Origin: Camelus ferus
Lineage: Eukaryota
Length of the DNA: 64,000 bases
Assembly (NCBI RefSeq): GCF_009834535.1
Contig: NC_045698.1
Coordinates: 108,500,001-108,564,000 of the forward strand
Direction: 5' to 3'
The notes below the pieces were generated by a model that saw only the letters and a list, made by a program, of their open reading frames with translations, had not been told where the DNA came from and made no database searches. Below are positions 48,907 to 63,026 of this stretch, one piece after another; the first letter of the stretch is position 1; each line of letters begins with the position of its first letter. A program made the position numbers and the translations under genes.

Positions 48907-51900
48907 ACAGCTATGCAGTAGCAGAGCTGAGCTGTGAATCCAAGACAAAGAAACAGACAGAGACAGGAGACAGACAGAGAGGCTCAGAAGCACTCCCCTC
49001 CCCCTCCCTGGGGCCCTCTTCACTGATGGAGTGAGTCCATTCCAGTTTCCACTCCTCCCTCCGACACACAGCCCTCCCTCTCCCCCTCTGCTTTCACCTC
49101 ACCCTTCTGTAACAGGCAGAACACGTGGCTACTTTATGATCACCAGAGCTGACACTGCAGAGAGCCTCTGGAAGGGAAGAGGAAGTGGGTGGGTAGAAAG
49201 CCAAGTCCTATTTGCTAAAGGATGCTCACTTCCCAGGTGGTCCAACCGTCCCGTCAGGCAAGGCCAAGTCTGTGTTACTCTTTGCATTCACACTCCATGC
49301 TCTACAATAATCCACTCTAGTAAATGCTGAGAGTTTCTGAATCCCTCCAGGAAAGGTGAGATTATATTCCCATTTTATGAGTGAGAAAAAGGAGGTGCCA
49401 CTTACTGAAGAAACTTTTTCAAGTTCCTATGACTAAAACTGGAATTTGAACTCAATCCTCTCTAATTCCAAAGACTATATTTGTGGTCCATGGGGCCACA
49501 CTGACCAAATCAAGGAAAGCTTTGCAATTCTCAAGCCTGACAGTACAACTGAGAAAGCTGAGAAATAAATTCATTTTCTTCTGAAACTTCCTTGGATTGA
49601 ATTTTGGCTCAGCCACTTACTAGTTGTGTGACCCTGGACAAGTCACTTCACCTGTCTTTAACTCAGTCTTCTCATCTGTAGGTAGGAATATTAATGCACA
49701 ACTCACAAGGTAAAGATAAAATGAGTTAATTTATGTTCAGTTTTAGAACAATGAGTGCAACAGAAGCCTGGGGTCTCATCCTAACTCTGCCACTGATTCA
49801 TTATCCTTTGCAAAAAAATTATACTCTTTTGAGGGTCTCAATTTGTTCAAGATTTGGTACAATGTTTTCAAAAGGAATAAATTATCAAAAGGACCTTTCC
49901 AGAAATGCAACTTATGGTTTTAGTTTTCTTGCCTCTCTCTGCAGTCCAGAGGTACCAAAATAAAATTCTTGAAGCCACATTGACCCCCTCCCTCATAAGG
50001 GAGAAGCCGCTCCATTCATCTCAAGCACTCAGTGTTTACTTCTTTTGCTCTTGCGAACCCTGTACACCTTGGCTGACCTAGAACAGCCCTTTCCATGCTG
50101 AGTCAGAGGACTTTTTCAGATATCCAAGCCGGTGGCTGCAATTGCTCTTCCAGAGCATGGATGCCCCATGTCACCACCAGCTTAGAAGCAGGAGGGACAG
50201 ACCCCTCAGCACCCATTTTGACAGAAGGTTGGGGTAATGTGTAACTAGAAGGGTTCAGTCCTCACTTCCTTACTTGTCCCTCTTTTTAAGACAGAAAAGC
50301 AAACTAAGAGACTCTGGAGTATGCTAGGTGATTACTTACTATGTGCCAGGCACTGTTATAAGAATTTGACATATATTCATGTAGTTAATCCTCACAACAG
50401 CCTCAAGAGATAGACACTGCAATGATTCTTATTCTGCAGTGAAGGGTGCCGAGGCACAGAATGGTTGAGTAGCTTGCCTGCACTCACACCCTAGGCGGTG
50501 GCAGAGCTGAGATGTGAATCCAAGCTGATGTACACACGCATTTCCTCTGATTCACCACCCTCTGTCACTCCGACTCTGAGCCTAGAAGCATGTGTGCTTT
50601 CTGATTCGAGGGTTCTGCCCTGCACTCTTCACCCAACCAAAGCCTCCTCTTCTTCTAGCCTTCATTGCTTCCACTAGGAAGCCTCCCCTGAATTCCAGGG
50701 TCAGGTTTTGTTCTACTTCATTTGCTCTGTAATCACATGGGTAATATCAGCCTTTCTCACGAAACCTTAAGTCACTTGAAAACAAGGACCAAGCCTATCT
50801 TATTCTCTGCTGCATCCCTTTGGGTAGAATGTGCTTGGCAATACTAGATACTCACAGATGAATGAATGAATGATTGAATGAACGAACAAATGAAAGGATA
50901 AATAACTAGAATATTCCTTCCCTCATTCCTAGTAGGTTTCAAATATATCAAATGTTTGGACTTTCATTCATTTTTCACCAAGCATTCATTGGGTGCTTAC
51001 TCTATGTGGTCCCCTGAGAATGTTTAAGGATGGCATTTCATCAAAAAGTGGACTTGCTATATATAGCCTGACCCGCCCTGGACAGGAAGGTTTTGATCAT
51101 GTGAAAGGAAGATATTGTTGGTTTCAAGTCTGCCGGGAACTCCAGCCCTGACAGCTCACCCCACATTAGGCTGAACTTTGAACTGACCTTCAGCTCTTGC
51201 TCCGAAGTGGCCCCAGCCAGTTGTCAACCCTGAGTGCAGCCGGTGAGAGCTAAGATGAAGAGAGGCTCTGGAAGACCAACCAGTCCCAGGCCAGATAACA
51301 CACTTCTTTGCTCATCACTGACAGCCCGGTCTGGGGGCCCCTAACCTTCTGCCACAAAGTGCCAACATTTTATCCTAAGCGCCTAGACTGGGAAAACTTA
51401 GTCTGTGAGACCCTAATGGCATTTTACAGTGATCTGTCAACAGTGGACTCCTGTTTGCAGGATATATCTGTTTTTGTGTTTGCAGATATCCAAGTGTACA
51501 GGTGCCTGCGTCCCTGACTTCAAATGTACTTAAACTGGAGTTAACACTAGTGCTTTTTTCCCAATGCAAATGGTGTTTGTGCTGGTTTAAGCCCAGCTAC
51601 AATAAAAAAATATATATATATTGACTGGGTGGGAACCAGATAAGCCCATGTTAGAAGGGATTATATCGGGTGAGGACACATTCAAATTTCGGTTGGTTAA
51701 AGTGGCTAAAACAGGAAAATCTGAAGACCTTATGCAGAGACATGGTTATCTGAGGACACAACTAAGTCCTCAGCCTGGGAATATTCCATGAACTCATGTA
51801 TATCCATATTCATGTGCACACACCTGTGTGATCACAGAATTGTAGATCAAAGCTGGAAAAGCCCTTAAGAAAGAAATCAACCGGCTCAGAAGTTTCCAGA

Positions 51901-54323
51901 CTTTTTAGTTTAAAGCTCTATTTTCAAATGGAATCTGGGGGAGAACCCCAGTAAGTAAAACAGATAAAAAGCAGAGCTGCTTTGTTGGAAGAGGGAGGGT
52001 GCGGATGTAGGACCTCATCCTTCTGCCTTCCGTCTAATTCAACATGGTAGCCTCTGAAACACCTACAACCTGGGGCAACAATTTGAAAGACTGAGCCAGT
52101 GTCCCCACTTTTCAGATCAATACTCTAGGGCCCAGAGAGGGTGAGACCATTGCACAAGGATATACAGGTGATGACGTTCAAAGACAGGGCAGAACTATGC
52201 GGTAATCCTTAAAACTCTTTCCCTGACACTTCTCACCTAGCATCCAGTTCAGAATATACTACACAAAAAAATCAGTAACAAGACCTCTCGGGTCCACATG
52301 CTGAGAGAATGCCAAGAGGCTGAGAGGTGACCGGATGGAAGCTTATAAGAAAACCATGAAAAGGGTGAGCAGAGACATTTGTTGCCCATCCCTTCATTCC
52401 CTGGCATGAATTAAGCCATCAGCCTGTTCCACGTACCATGCGGCAGATACTGGGGGGACCGAGGCTCCTGCCCTACAGGATCCCAGGGTTTTCTAGGTCT
52501 AGGGCAGATGGATAGCAAGACTGCAGTCCGAGAGGAAGCCAGGAGAGGTTTGTGAGAGAGAGAAAGAGCTTTGTGTTTCACATTCCAAGTATGAGCACAC
52601 ATTAAAGGAGCTAAAGACGAACGCCCTGGTCTCCTAGAAACCCACTAATCCCTTCTTTGTATTAAGATGCACAGCATCCCAAGGGCTTCATTGCAAGACA
52701 GGAGATAAGTGAATCAGCTTGATGGGACCAGTGGCGAGGAGGCAGAAGGCACAGTGGTTAGCAGACAAGCCCAGAGTCTTGTCACTGGCGATGACTATGG
52801 TGGTCTCTGCCCCTCACTAGCTGTGATACGCTGACCAGAAGTTATTCCATCCATTTAAGACTCAGTTTTCTCATTTGCAATTTGGAAATAGAAAACTACC
52901 TGCTTCACAGGATAGTGATGAGGATTAAGTGAGATCAGACAAAGGTCTCAGCCCAGTGCGTGCTATGTAGAACAGCTCTGATACACACGAGGCACTGTGG
53001 CTGCTGCAGTCATTATCATTTGAGCCAAAGCCTGCCTCCCCTGACTTCTGTCCACTTGTTGGTTCTGGCCTACCTCCTAGAGCCTCAGAGAACAAATCTT
53101 CCACCTCTACCTGAAGACAGCCCTTCTGGGATTCGAATACATCCTTCACGTCCCCACTTAGTCTTCCATTATTTTTCAGGTTGATCGTCCCCACTTTTTT
53201 CAAGCATTTCTAACATAACAAGACTTTTCAATCCGTACTTCCCTGTAACTGTCCTCCCTGTGGAGCTGTCATCTAAGACTTTATCTGACAATTTGCGGAA
53301 ACTTGGCACGTTCAACTTGTACCACTCAGAGCATAAAGTGCACGTTCTTCGATCTGTTCTAACCTTAACTCTCCTAGACCTCAAGGAGACGAGACCGAGG
53401 GAGTGCTCTTTCCCGCGTTCCAGGGTTTGTTTGATAAAACTTCTCCCTCGCTCCTTTCCCTTAACAATGCTGGCTGTTCCTTTTTCCTTCTAATGGGCAT
53501 AGTGTTCGCATAAACAGGATGATAAGGGCTGAACAGCTTGTATGTGACCCCTTGAAAGGATCCCAGAGAGAAATGAAGTCTGGCTTTGAAGATGAAGCTT
53601 TTCATCCTTTAAAAGCTGTGTTTCTGTGCACCTGCCTCCTGGTCACTCAGGTGTCTTGCCTGACCCAGTGCCTGATTTTGAAGCAGTGCTCACAACATCA
53701 CCCTCTTCTGACCCAGTGATAATGATGATGGTGAATGTGAGGACAATAACAGCTAACATTCATTAAGTACTTACTCTGTGTGCTTGGATGTATTCTTTTA
53801 AATCTTACAGGACTTCTGTGCTGTAGGTACTGTTTTATCTGCATCTTGAAGACCAGAGACCTAAGCCTCAGAGAGGTTAAATAACCAGCAGTTAACATGT
53901 AATCAAGTTCTTTTGTTTCCAGGCACAATGATAATTAATAGTCATAATGATAGCCCAGAGCCTCCTCATGATCTTTAAAGCATTTTCTAAATCTTTACTG
54001 CAACATGAAAGCATGTCTAATGTAGTTATGGTATTAAACATCTCTTTAGGATATCGTAATTACTTGAAACGCCTTTTCATTCTAATCCTGGGGAAATCGT
54101 AATCGACTTATGACAGAAGGAATGACTATATTAACTAGTTTACTTAACTGAGCACTTTTTCTCCCAGTCATGCTATTCCAACGACTGGTCAGCATGGCAT
54201 TACTTCCTACAACGAGTACAGATCCTAATCCTGGCTAAATCTGCAACCAGCAACACAACTTGAGGCCATGCCTCCCTCCTCTGGACAATGAAGGGTTTGA
54301 TCTGATTTCCAGCATCTTTGTGT

Positions 54324-54661
54324 CAGGCATCAGTAAATGTCAACTATGGCCCATGGGTTAAATCCAACCGCCACCTGACTTTGTTTGGCTCATGAGCAAA
54401 GAGCAGTTTTTACATTTTAAAATTATTCCAACAAATGAAAAGAAAATTGGTATTTCATGACGTATGAAAATTACATGGAATCTAAGATTCAGTGTCCATG
54501 AATAAATTTTGGGGGGAACGCAGCCATGCTCGTTCCTTTCCTATTGTCTCTGGCTGCTTTCATACTGTAATGGCAGCACTGAATAGTTACAACAGAAACC
54601 TCATGGCCCACAAAGCCTAAAATAGTCACAATCTGACCCTTAAAAAAATTGCTGACTCCTG
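54324..54661 (+). mobile_element. MER58B-like hAT-Charlie MITE, near full length
   Basis: cagg..caactatggcccatggg.taaatcc..ccgccacctgactttgt...tttcatgacgtatgaaaattacatg...ggcccacaaagcctaaaata...ttgctgactcctg. Confidence 0.85.
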
Positions 54662-57600
54662 GTATAAATGTGGGGTAGGTGGGCACTAACAGACGTTAAG
54701 TCAGAAGCTTGAGAAACATCTGATCAACCTTAGGTAGGCTGGTGTCAAGAGGAGAAACCTCGTGTACTCTTCCACAGATGTTCCTTTAGCACAGAAAGCT
54801 GTATGGGAAGGCCCCTCTTTGGCAGTGAGCCGTTTGTTCTAGGCTAGTATCTGTAGCCACTCTGTTGGAGCTGCTTTGTCCCTCTTTGTCTGAGGCCATC
54901 TGGAAATGCCATCCCGAAGCTACGCTCATATGCTTCTCCACTGACAAAGCAGTGTGACGCATAGAGGAAGAAGACAGATGTGATGGCTGGACCACAGTTT
55001 GAATCCATGCCTGCTGGGTGATCTCGGGGGAGTTTCCAAAGGTCTCTGAACTATAGCTGCTCACACGTAACATTAGGATGGATGTGCACTCATTTATGCA
55101 AATGAGTACCCAATGCCTACTGCCCACATGCACCTCTCAGGGTTGGGGGCGGAGGGATTAAATAGGATTATGTATATAAAGCATTTAATAGAATGCCTGG
55201 CTCAGGATAAGAGCTTGGGAAATGTTTAACAAATCTAAGGGTGACTGTCGACCGATTATTTCATTTTTCAATTTTAAATGACAACAACTTCCTAACTCTC
55301 AAAATGCTGTACAGATGAAGTTATATAACGCATAAGAAGTGACAGTTTTGCCATCACTGTCATTTCTGTTATTCTTATGAGCAATGCTTCTGAAGCTGTG
55401 TTTCAGTAGAGCATTTAACAGCACCAATGTTCTTTAATTCCAGACCAAGAGACAACAAACTAAGCAGGGCTCCCTTAACACACCGTAAAAAAAATGCAAT
55501 GAATGCAATGACTTCTTGTCCTGTTCCGCCACTGCCACTCCCTCCCCAACTTTCCAGGGACTAACAGATGATTCCGAACCAAGGAATTTCATTAGGATTA
55601 TCTGATGATCTATTTTTATTTTTTAATAGTACTAAAAAGAAAACATACTCACATAGTTTAAAAAAAAGAAAAAAAAATATTATGGAAGGGTATAGAACAA
55701 AAGGCAAATGCCTGCTGTCTCCAATCTCATATTTCTTAGAAATAACTATTTTAAACCTTTTCTGTATTTGGTGATTCTAGCGGTTTCCTCGACACGTCTA
55801 CATAATATGTCTATGTCCCTTTTTCTTGATTTATCAACTTTAATCCCATGTGTAGCTCCCCAGTTCAAAACATGATGACCCACTTCATACAATTTCCCAC
55901 ATCCTGGCCTCAGTGTTTGTTAGTTACGCTATTACCTGGAATTCTAATGAGTATCTTTATAATATATCAAACCTTTTCGATTGACAAGCATTCGAGCTTT
56001 GTAAAAATAGAGACATCCGGTTTTCTCTCCAGGGCTACTGAATGACAATCATTAGGGAGGGCTATTATGCAAAAACTCCCTAAGGTGTTCTGACAGGTCC
56101 CTCAGGTGAAGGACCTTCCATCCTAGGAGACTGAAGTATACCAGCCAGCTCATGTGCACCTGAATGAAAATGGTAGGCAGAGCATTTCCTCCCATCACCT
56201 ATTCATCAGAGCACATGGGACAGTGTGAAATGCCATAGAGGTGCTGAAGAAGCAGACAGGAACACAGCAATCTGACCTAACAGCTCCAAGAGCTCACTCA
56301 TCACCAAGTCCCATTTTAGATGAGAAACAGAGTCACTTTGTGAAGAGCAGCATCTGGTACAGAGCTGGAGGGACAGTGGGAGGCATCCAGGTTTAGGAGA
56401 CCTGAGTTCTCATGCTGAATAGAAGCATCTTGTGGATTCATTTTATTTTTTTTCTTTACTCATGGTGTACCAAGCAAGGGACTCAGTATTTGGAGGCATG
56501 TCATAAAACAGCCAAAATGACTCAAAGAGAATGGTGAAGATCAAATTTCATAGTTTAAATCTTTTATAGAATGTAATTAGCAATGTTGCATCCTTCTACA
56601 ATGTTCTGTAATTAATAGCACAGATAAAGCAGATAAAGAAAAATGTATTAATCACCAAATATTACCCCCCAAGTTTTTTTTATTAAAATAGCAAAGAAAA
56701 TTAGAGAATGATTTAATTAAACTTTGTTTAATTAATGTGCTCAGGGGAATAGAGTGGGTGAGTTGAATTTCCCAGTTAACTGGTAGGCAAATAGTTAACA
56801 CCTTTATTTCCTCTTTCTTAGTCAAGAGCACTCTTCTCTGTTGGAAAAGTCCATTTTCTTGCATTATGGAGAAATCAAGTCTAGTAACTCTAGGAGACTT
56901 TCTTCTTAGCGAGTAAACACATTGTGGAGATTCAAGATTACCGTTCCAGCATGACTCTTACATGGAGGGGAGGGGAAGATGTCCTCTATTAGATGAATGC
57001 ACACTGATCCCAAGTTATTCCCTTATTTTGCGTCTTTTATCTAACAGCACAGATAAGAGCTTGTTTTTTTTATCATTTTTTGTGCCTCCCTTCTCAGGGG
57101 AGCTGAGGAGTTCAGTTGGAGGCCCCATCAGTTTGATTAGATGTAACTGAGGTTTGGCTCCAGTAACCCTGTAGTCAGACATTCTGCTGATGGAGTTGAG
57201 TGGCATTTATGTTTGAATAAACTCTGCCATTTCCTTTGGCCCCCATTACATTGATGAGGGCAGTCAGTACAAAATGCCCGGGAGCTTGTTACAGATTTTC
57301 AAGCGACAGAATCTGACTGCAGGAGATCACTTTCATTTTACTCTCTCAATAGTTATTTTATGAACAAGATGTTCTTGCTAAAATCTCTAAAAATTATGTG
57401 AGATATCTCAGCTGTGCATTAGCGGTTAACAAGTGGTGGGATGGTTGTGCTCTTAGGCAGCAGAACATCTTGGAATGCACACTGGGTACAAGAACCTAAC
57501 TGACTTCATCAATACTAACAGCTTTCTAGAACCTTTGTGCAAATCAGTAGACCTGTCAAAGTCTGTAAACTGTAGCTATGGGAAAAGTTAATCGCAAAAT

Positions 57601-57944
57601 ATATTTCCAACACAACCTTCTCTTTTCAACCAATTAAAATCATCCACTGGCATCTACTGCCTGCCAAGCATATTCCCTCTGGCTAATTAGCATTCTTGCT
57701 TGAGGAAAGTCTTCAGCTTTTATTCATTCGCTCAACAAGTATGTACTGAGCACCTACTCTGTGCCAGGTAGTGTTCTAGGTACTGGGTCCTAGGACACAT
57801 CAGTGAACAAAATAAAGGTCCCTCCTTCATGGAGCTGACATTCCAATGCAAAGAGCAAGGACAAGGGAACAAATGAGTAAACAAGATCATCTCAAATGGT
57901 GATAAACAGAGCGCTGACAAGGAACTGACTGGACTTGGTGTTGG

Positions 57945-58375
57945 GGGTGACTGGGTTCTACTAGAAGCAGGTCTTAACAGAACGATTCAAGTACAAGTAG
58001 CTTCTTTGGATGCTAATTCTAGAAACAACAGCAGGGAATCAGGGATGTTAGGTAGGGAAGGGAAACCAGGCAGCTGACAAAGATGCATAATCAAGACACC
58101 ACTGGGGGATACAGAGCATCATTCATTAGGGGAGCCCTAGACTTGGGTGTAGAACATACCTCAAGGTTATCCCTCCTGGGGGAGAGGATTCTGGAGTATT
58201 TATCCACTAACTACCCATTGTCATTGGTTGAGAGCTGCTCTGGATGTATGAACCCCCTGGCGCACCTGGCTTACCCTGCACGTGGATGAAGCGATAGGTA
58301 TTTGCTAGTAATAAAGTGGATTATCAGTGTCTAAAGGCAAGTGGAAATGAGCAGGGCACCAACAGCGTCTACCAT
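57945..58375 (-). mobile_element. LTR16-like ERVL solo LTR inserted in an L2 (L2 flanks ~57715-57940 and ~58380-58700)
   Basis: gggttctactagaagcagg...gattcaagtacaagtag..ttt at one end and gcagggcaccaacagcgtct at the other. Confidence 0.6.
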
Positions 58376-59280
58376 GGGGCCGGACTGAGAATTGGGTCAG
58401 GACAGACCTCTCTGATGAGACTACATTTCAGCTGAGATCCAAAAAGTGGAAAGGAGCTGGCCAGGGAGAGCACACCTCCAGGCAGAGAGACCAGCTGGGC
58501 AAAGGCTCTGAAGGGAACTGAGCTCAGTCTGTTTATAAAATAGAAATAAAAAGGAGTCGCAGAACTTTAGAGGCATAGGGGGAGTGTCTTTCAGTCCTGA
58601 AGTGGTAGCTGACTATATCTTTTAGATAAGGAAACCAGATCAAGACAGTGAGAAATTAAAAGACATGGACAGTCTCAGGAGCCCCAGGCAAGCTGAGACT
58701 AGCACTCAGGGCTCTCGTCTGCCAGTCCATGGCTCTCCCCACCCTCAGTCCATCAAACTCCCGCCCCTGCTTATTCCTGCATTTCCCTCTTTGGGATTTG
58801 GCAGTTTCCCCCAAGCCATGGAGCTGAAAGCGCAATGCCTTTATGATCCCTGCTCAAATTCCTGCAGCAGGCCCCCGACTCCACCTAAAAAGAACCCCAG
58901 GTTGTCACAAGGCTTTATGTGATCCAGCTTTGGGCTGCCGCTGACTGCATTTCCCACCCTGTCTCCCTCCCTCAGGGTGCTACAGTCACACTGGCCTTCT
59001 TGCTGTTTCTGGAACATGCTAAGCGTCCTCCCACCTCCGGGCCTCTGCTCAGCATGCTCTTCCCCAGATTTCCCCAGACTGACTCACGCGGCTTCCCGGC
59101 ACTCAGGTCCCTGTGCCAGCACCACCTCCTCAGGGAGGCACACCTGGGTCATGCCTTCCAGGGCACAGCACCCACCTCCTCTCCCCATCCTCTTTCCCCA
59201 CTTTACCTTCCTTCACAGGACTCGTAGCTACTGCACAGTGTGCTGTACTGAGCTATGCTCTACACACTTGCTACGTATTT

Positions 59281-59448
59281 ACTTTTTATTGAAGTATAGT
59301 TGATGTACAATATTATGTGTTACAGGTGTGCAATATAATAATTCCTAATTTTAAAGGTTATACTCCATTTATAGTTATTGTAGAATGTTTTCTATATTCC
59401 CTGCATTGTACAATATATCCTTGTAGCTTATTTTATACCTAATTCTTT
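59281..59448 (-). mobile_element. Short L1 3' end inserted in an L2 (~58880-59580)
   Basis: tttttattgaagtatagttgatgtacaatattatg..ttacaggtgt...ttttaaaggttatactccatttatagttatt...ccttgtagcttattttatacctaat. Confidence 0.8.
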
Positions 59449-60300
59449 GCTTACAGTCTATCTTCCCCACTAGAAAGTAAGCTTTGTAAGAGAAGGAACT
59501 TGTTTTACTATAAGAATAGTCCACTGTAGGTTCTCAAAAATGTTTGCTGAGTAACAGGTGAGTAAGTGAGCGAAGACCTTCACAAGACCTTAGTTCTGAT
59601 CCCCTTTCTGCCACTAAATCACTGAATGACTTTGTGAAGTCGATTCTCCCACTGTCTCTTTATCTGGCAAAAAGACATATAATTTCTATCTTATAAAAGG
59701 CATAAAGCCAAATGAGGTCATGAGTTTCAAAGTACTGTATTCTACAGAATATATTATACAAATACAAGGATTTCTTTTTAAGTGGAAGACTTCCTGAGTT
59801 TGAATAAACTCCACCAAATGGGGAGGATTTTCATTCCCAATAAAATATCCTTTGTGGATATCAGAATTGATCAAGCCTCACTAGGTAGAGAAAACCTCGT
59901 CTGTGGCACAGGGAAGAGCACGGGGTGAGGGATGATCAGATGCCAGCCTTTTTCACAGACTCGCTGGTGACCTTGGGGAGCCCGTAGGCACTCGCCCCGA
60001 TGGACTTCAGACTCCTCTCCTCTCTGAAGGGAGGGGAGCGGTGGTGGTAGAGGAGACAATGCCTTCCTTGTGTTTTTTATTCTGTTGCAAATCTGTGTGG
60101 TCATAATCACCCCACATGTATGCTGATCACTTGGTCTGCACCACACACTTGATGTCCATCATCTCACTGCTTTTCTCCCCAGCCTCCGTTAACCTCTGTT
60201 ATTCTGACAAGAAACCATCAGGGAACCTGGTCCAACAGCTGTGAGTAGCAGAGCCAGCACTTCAACCCAGGCATGGCTGGGCCCTGAGCAAACGCTCTAA

Positions 60301-60726
<426 letters not shown>

Positions 60727-60829
60727 TAATCTTTAGAAAGGGATGCACATTCTAAGACAAACAAGCTAAGGAAAATATGTCCCTAAAGTCTGAGGGTACC
60801 TGCCAAGGGCAGGCAATCCAGAATGATGA

Positions 60830-61215
60830 CAGTTTCAATAAGGCAGACATTTTGTATTTCTTTCATATAAACAAAATTCAGAAATCAGCAATCCAGGGCT
60901 TGTATAATGGTTCTGCAATCATTAAACACTGAGTATCTTCTGTCTTGTTGTTCTGCTATCCTCAGCATAGGGCTGCTACCGTATAGCCCAAAACGGCTGT
61001 AAAAGCTCCAGCAATCACCTCGATATGCTACCCAGTAGAAAGGGAAAAAGGAAAATAAAAGGCAAAACTGCTTCCTTTAAAACTCTTTCCAGGAATCACA
61101 CGCAGATCTCGTACGCACATGCCACTGGCTGCATCTTAGACACTTACCCCAGCTAGCTACAGGGGAAGGTGAAAAATGGTATCTCTATTCTGGGCAGGAC
61201 CACCATGTCGCACAA
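60830..61215 (-). mobile_element. Old MaLR LTR (MLT1J/K-like), degenerate
   Basis: tttctttcatataaacaaaattcagaaatcagcaatccagggct...ttctgtcttgttgttctgctatcctcagcat...ctccagcaatcacct...cattggctg...cagctagctacaggggaagg. Confidence 0.5.
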
Positions 61216-62648
61216 TTCCAGGGAGATGCTATTTAGCATTTATTTCTTCATGGACTGCCTCCTATATTAATGCAGTAAGCTGGCCCTTATTCTGGTTGGC
61301 CATGTATCTAACTAAAAATTCAGGAAATCTAAGTAAGCACCATTCAGCACCTCACTGCGTCAGAGTCAACCCCCAATTATCATGCAGGCTACCTGCCTTT
61401 CACTCTCCAGCAATTCAGCTTTGAATCCTGCAGACAAAATCTGTTTGCTATGTGATAACGGTTTAGAATAAGGATAGTGGATAAATTTTCTTTCCCAGGT
61501 CAAATCCAATAGCTTGGCAGTGGCTGTGTGGAATGCTGTGTTGAGAAGGACTCTGAGGCTAAATTTGTTTATCTGGGACAAACTGAACACTGAGTAACTT
61601 TCTCTTGCCACTCTGTCAGTTTCTTTTTGTAAATGGCAAGCCACTTAACTGAGATGCTTATCCCACTTTTGCTCCAATTGATTTAGCCATTCAGAAATAA
61701 AGATTTGCTTCAACATGCGCTTAAGCAAACGAGACCACAAGTGTGTTTTAAAGCAATGAGCAAACCACATAGCAGTTAATTCATTAATGTGTGACTATCC
61801 CACCCAGTTTCCAAAAGATTAGAACAGGTTATAAAAGTAACCAAATCTAATATACATACTTTTTAAAAGCAAGAGAATCAAAGTCAAAAATTGGAAAAGT
61901 ATATCTTAATTCTACAGTTCTCTACTGTGAGCTTAGAGTGTGCCAGCGATTAAGCAAGGCATTGGGGACAAATTCATGAATAAGACGGACATGAGTTCCA
62001 AAGCCAGCAAATGCTGTTCTAGATTGTTCATCCTGCTCTTGTTTCATCAACATTAGAGCCCCACTTTAGGTGAGTGGGGAGGAAAACTGAGGGTCATCAT
62101 GAAGAAGCACAAGGGGAAACTTTGCAGAATGTAAACCCGTCACTCAAGTGAGCCACAGGTGGAAATCATTAAGGGTTTACCCTTCTTGGATTATTGTTTT
62201 TCCTTTTACTGTCACCAGGGATAGAGTAAACAGTGCTTCTTGGTACCCAAATGATGACTGTTAACACAGAGAAAATCAATTGGTTCTCCATGGACTGTAT
62301 CAGACAGATACAGCTGTGTTGTATTTAATCTATGCATTCCTTTTCCAGTTGAACCAACATTATAAAATGGCAAGATTGAACACAAAATTCTATAATTCTC
62401 TCTGAAAGTCACAGCTGAACTCACAATTCAGGAGGACTATACCAGCTAGCAGGGTGGAGCAGCAGCCCCCATCTAAGAGGCAGGCACTTCCCGGTTTACC
62501 ACTGCTCCCCCGACAAACACGCCCCACTTCCCACACCTGGCCCACCGCTGGCATTCTCATCACCAGGAAGCGCATTCCCAGACACAGCTCCTGCCTTCCT
62601 CCCTGTCAGCCCGCTCTGACGCTGAACTGTCTCTGTCTCTCCCACCAG

Positions 62649-62816
62649 TACACCTCTGCACTCACCTACGATGGGGTAAAGGTGATGGCTGAGGCTTTCC
62701 AGAGCCTGAGGAGGCAGAGAATCGATATCTCCCGCCGGGGGAATGCTGGGGACTGCCTGGCTAATCCAGCTGTGCCCTGGGGCCAAGGCATCGACATCCA
62801 GCGAGCTCTGCAGCAG
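62649..62816 (+). CDS. GRIA1: GRIA1 coding exon (human exon 7 equivalent), 168 nt, phase 0/0
   Basis: gtctctgtctctcccaccag|TAC ACC... encodes [56 protein letters not shown]|gtaagg. Confidence 0.98.
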
Positions 62817-62996
62817 GTAAGGCTGGTAATGGCTGCCCCATCATATGGGAGCCTCGTAGGGGGACTTCAGCATCAGTTTCAGAAGGGACGTAGATATTTA
62901 AAAGAAAATGTAGAGCGTGCCTGAAGTTTGGATCGCCACTGCATTGTGTTTGTGGCTCTTGGCATCTATGGAAGTTCATGTAGAAGTTTGAAAATC

Positions 62997-63026
62997 AAAA
63001 ACAAACAAACAAACAAACAAACAAAA
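62997..63026. repeat. (AAAC)n microsatellite
   Basis: aaaaacaaacaaacaaacaaacaaacaaaa. Confidence 0.9.

Noticed and set aside
55088-55107. Octamer ATGCAAAT inside an 8-bp inverted repeat; similar TATGCAAATGAG near 47900
   Set aside because: Both appear to fall in MIR-derived sequence (ctcatctgtaaaatg-like core), so mutational drift explains them.
62817-62924. Exon 7 read-through beginning V-R, as the next exon is recalled to do
   Set aside because: GTAAGG is simply the donor consensus. Similarity ends after two codons and a stop follows.
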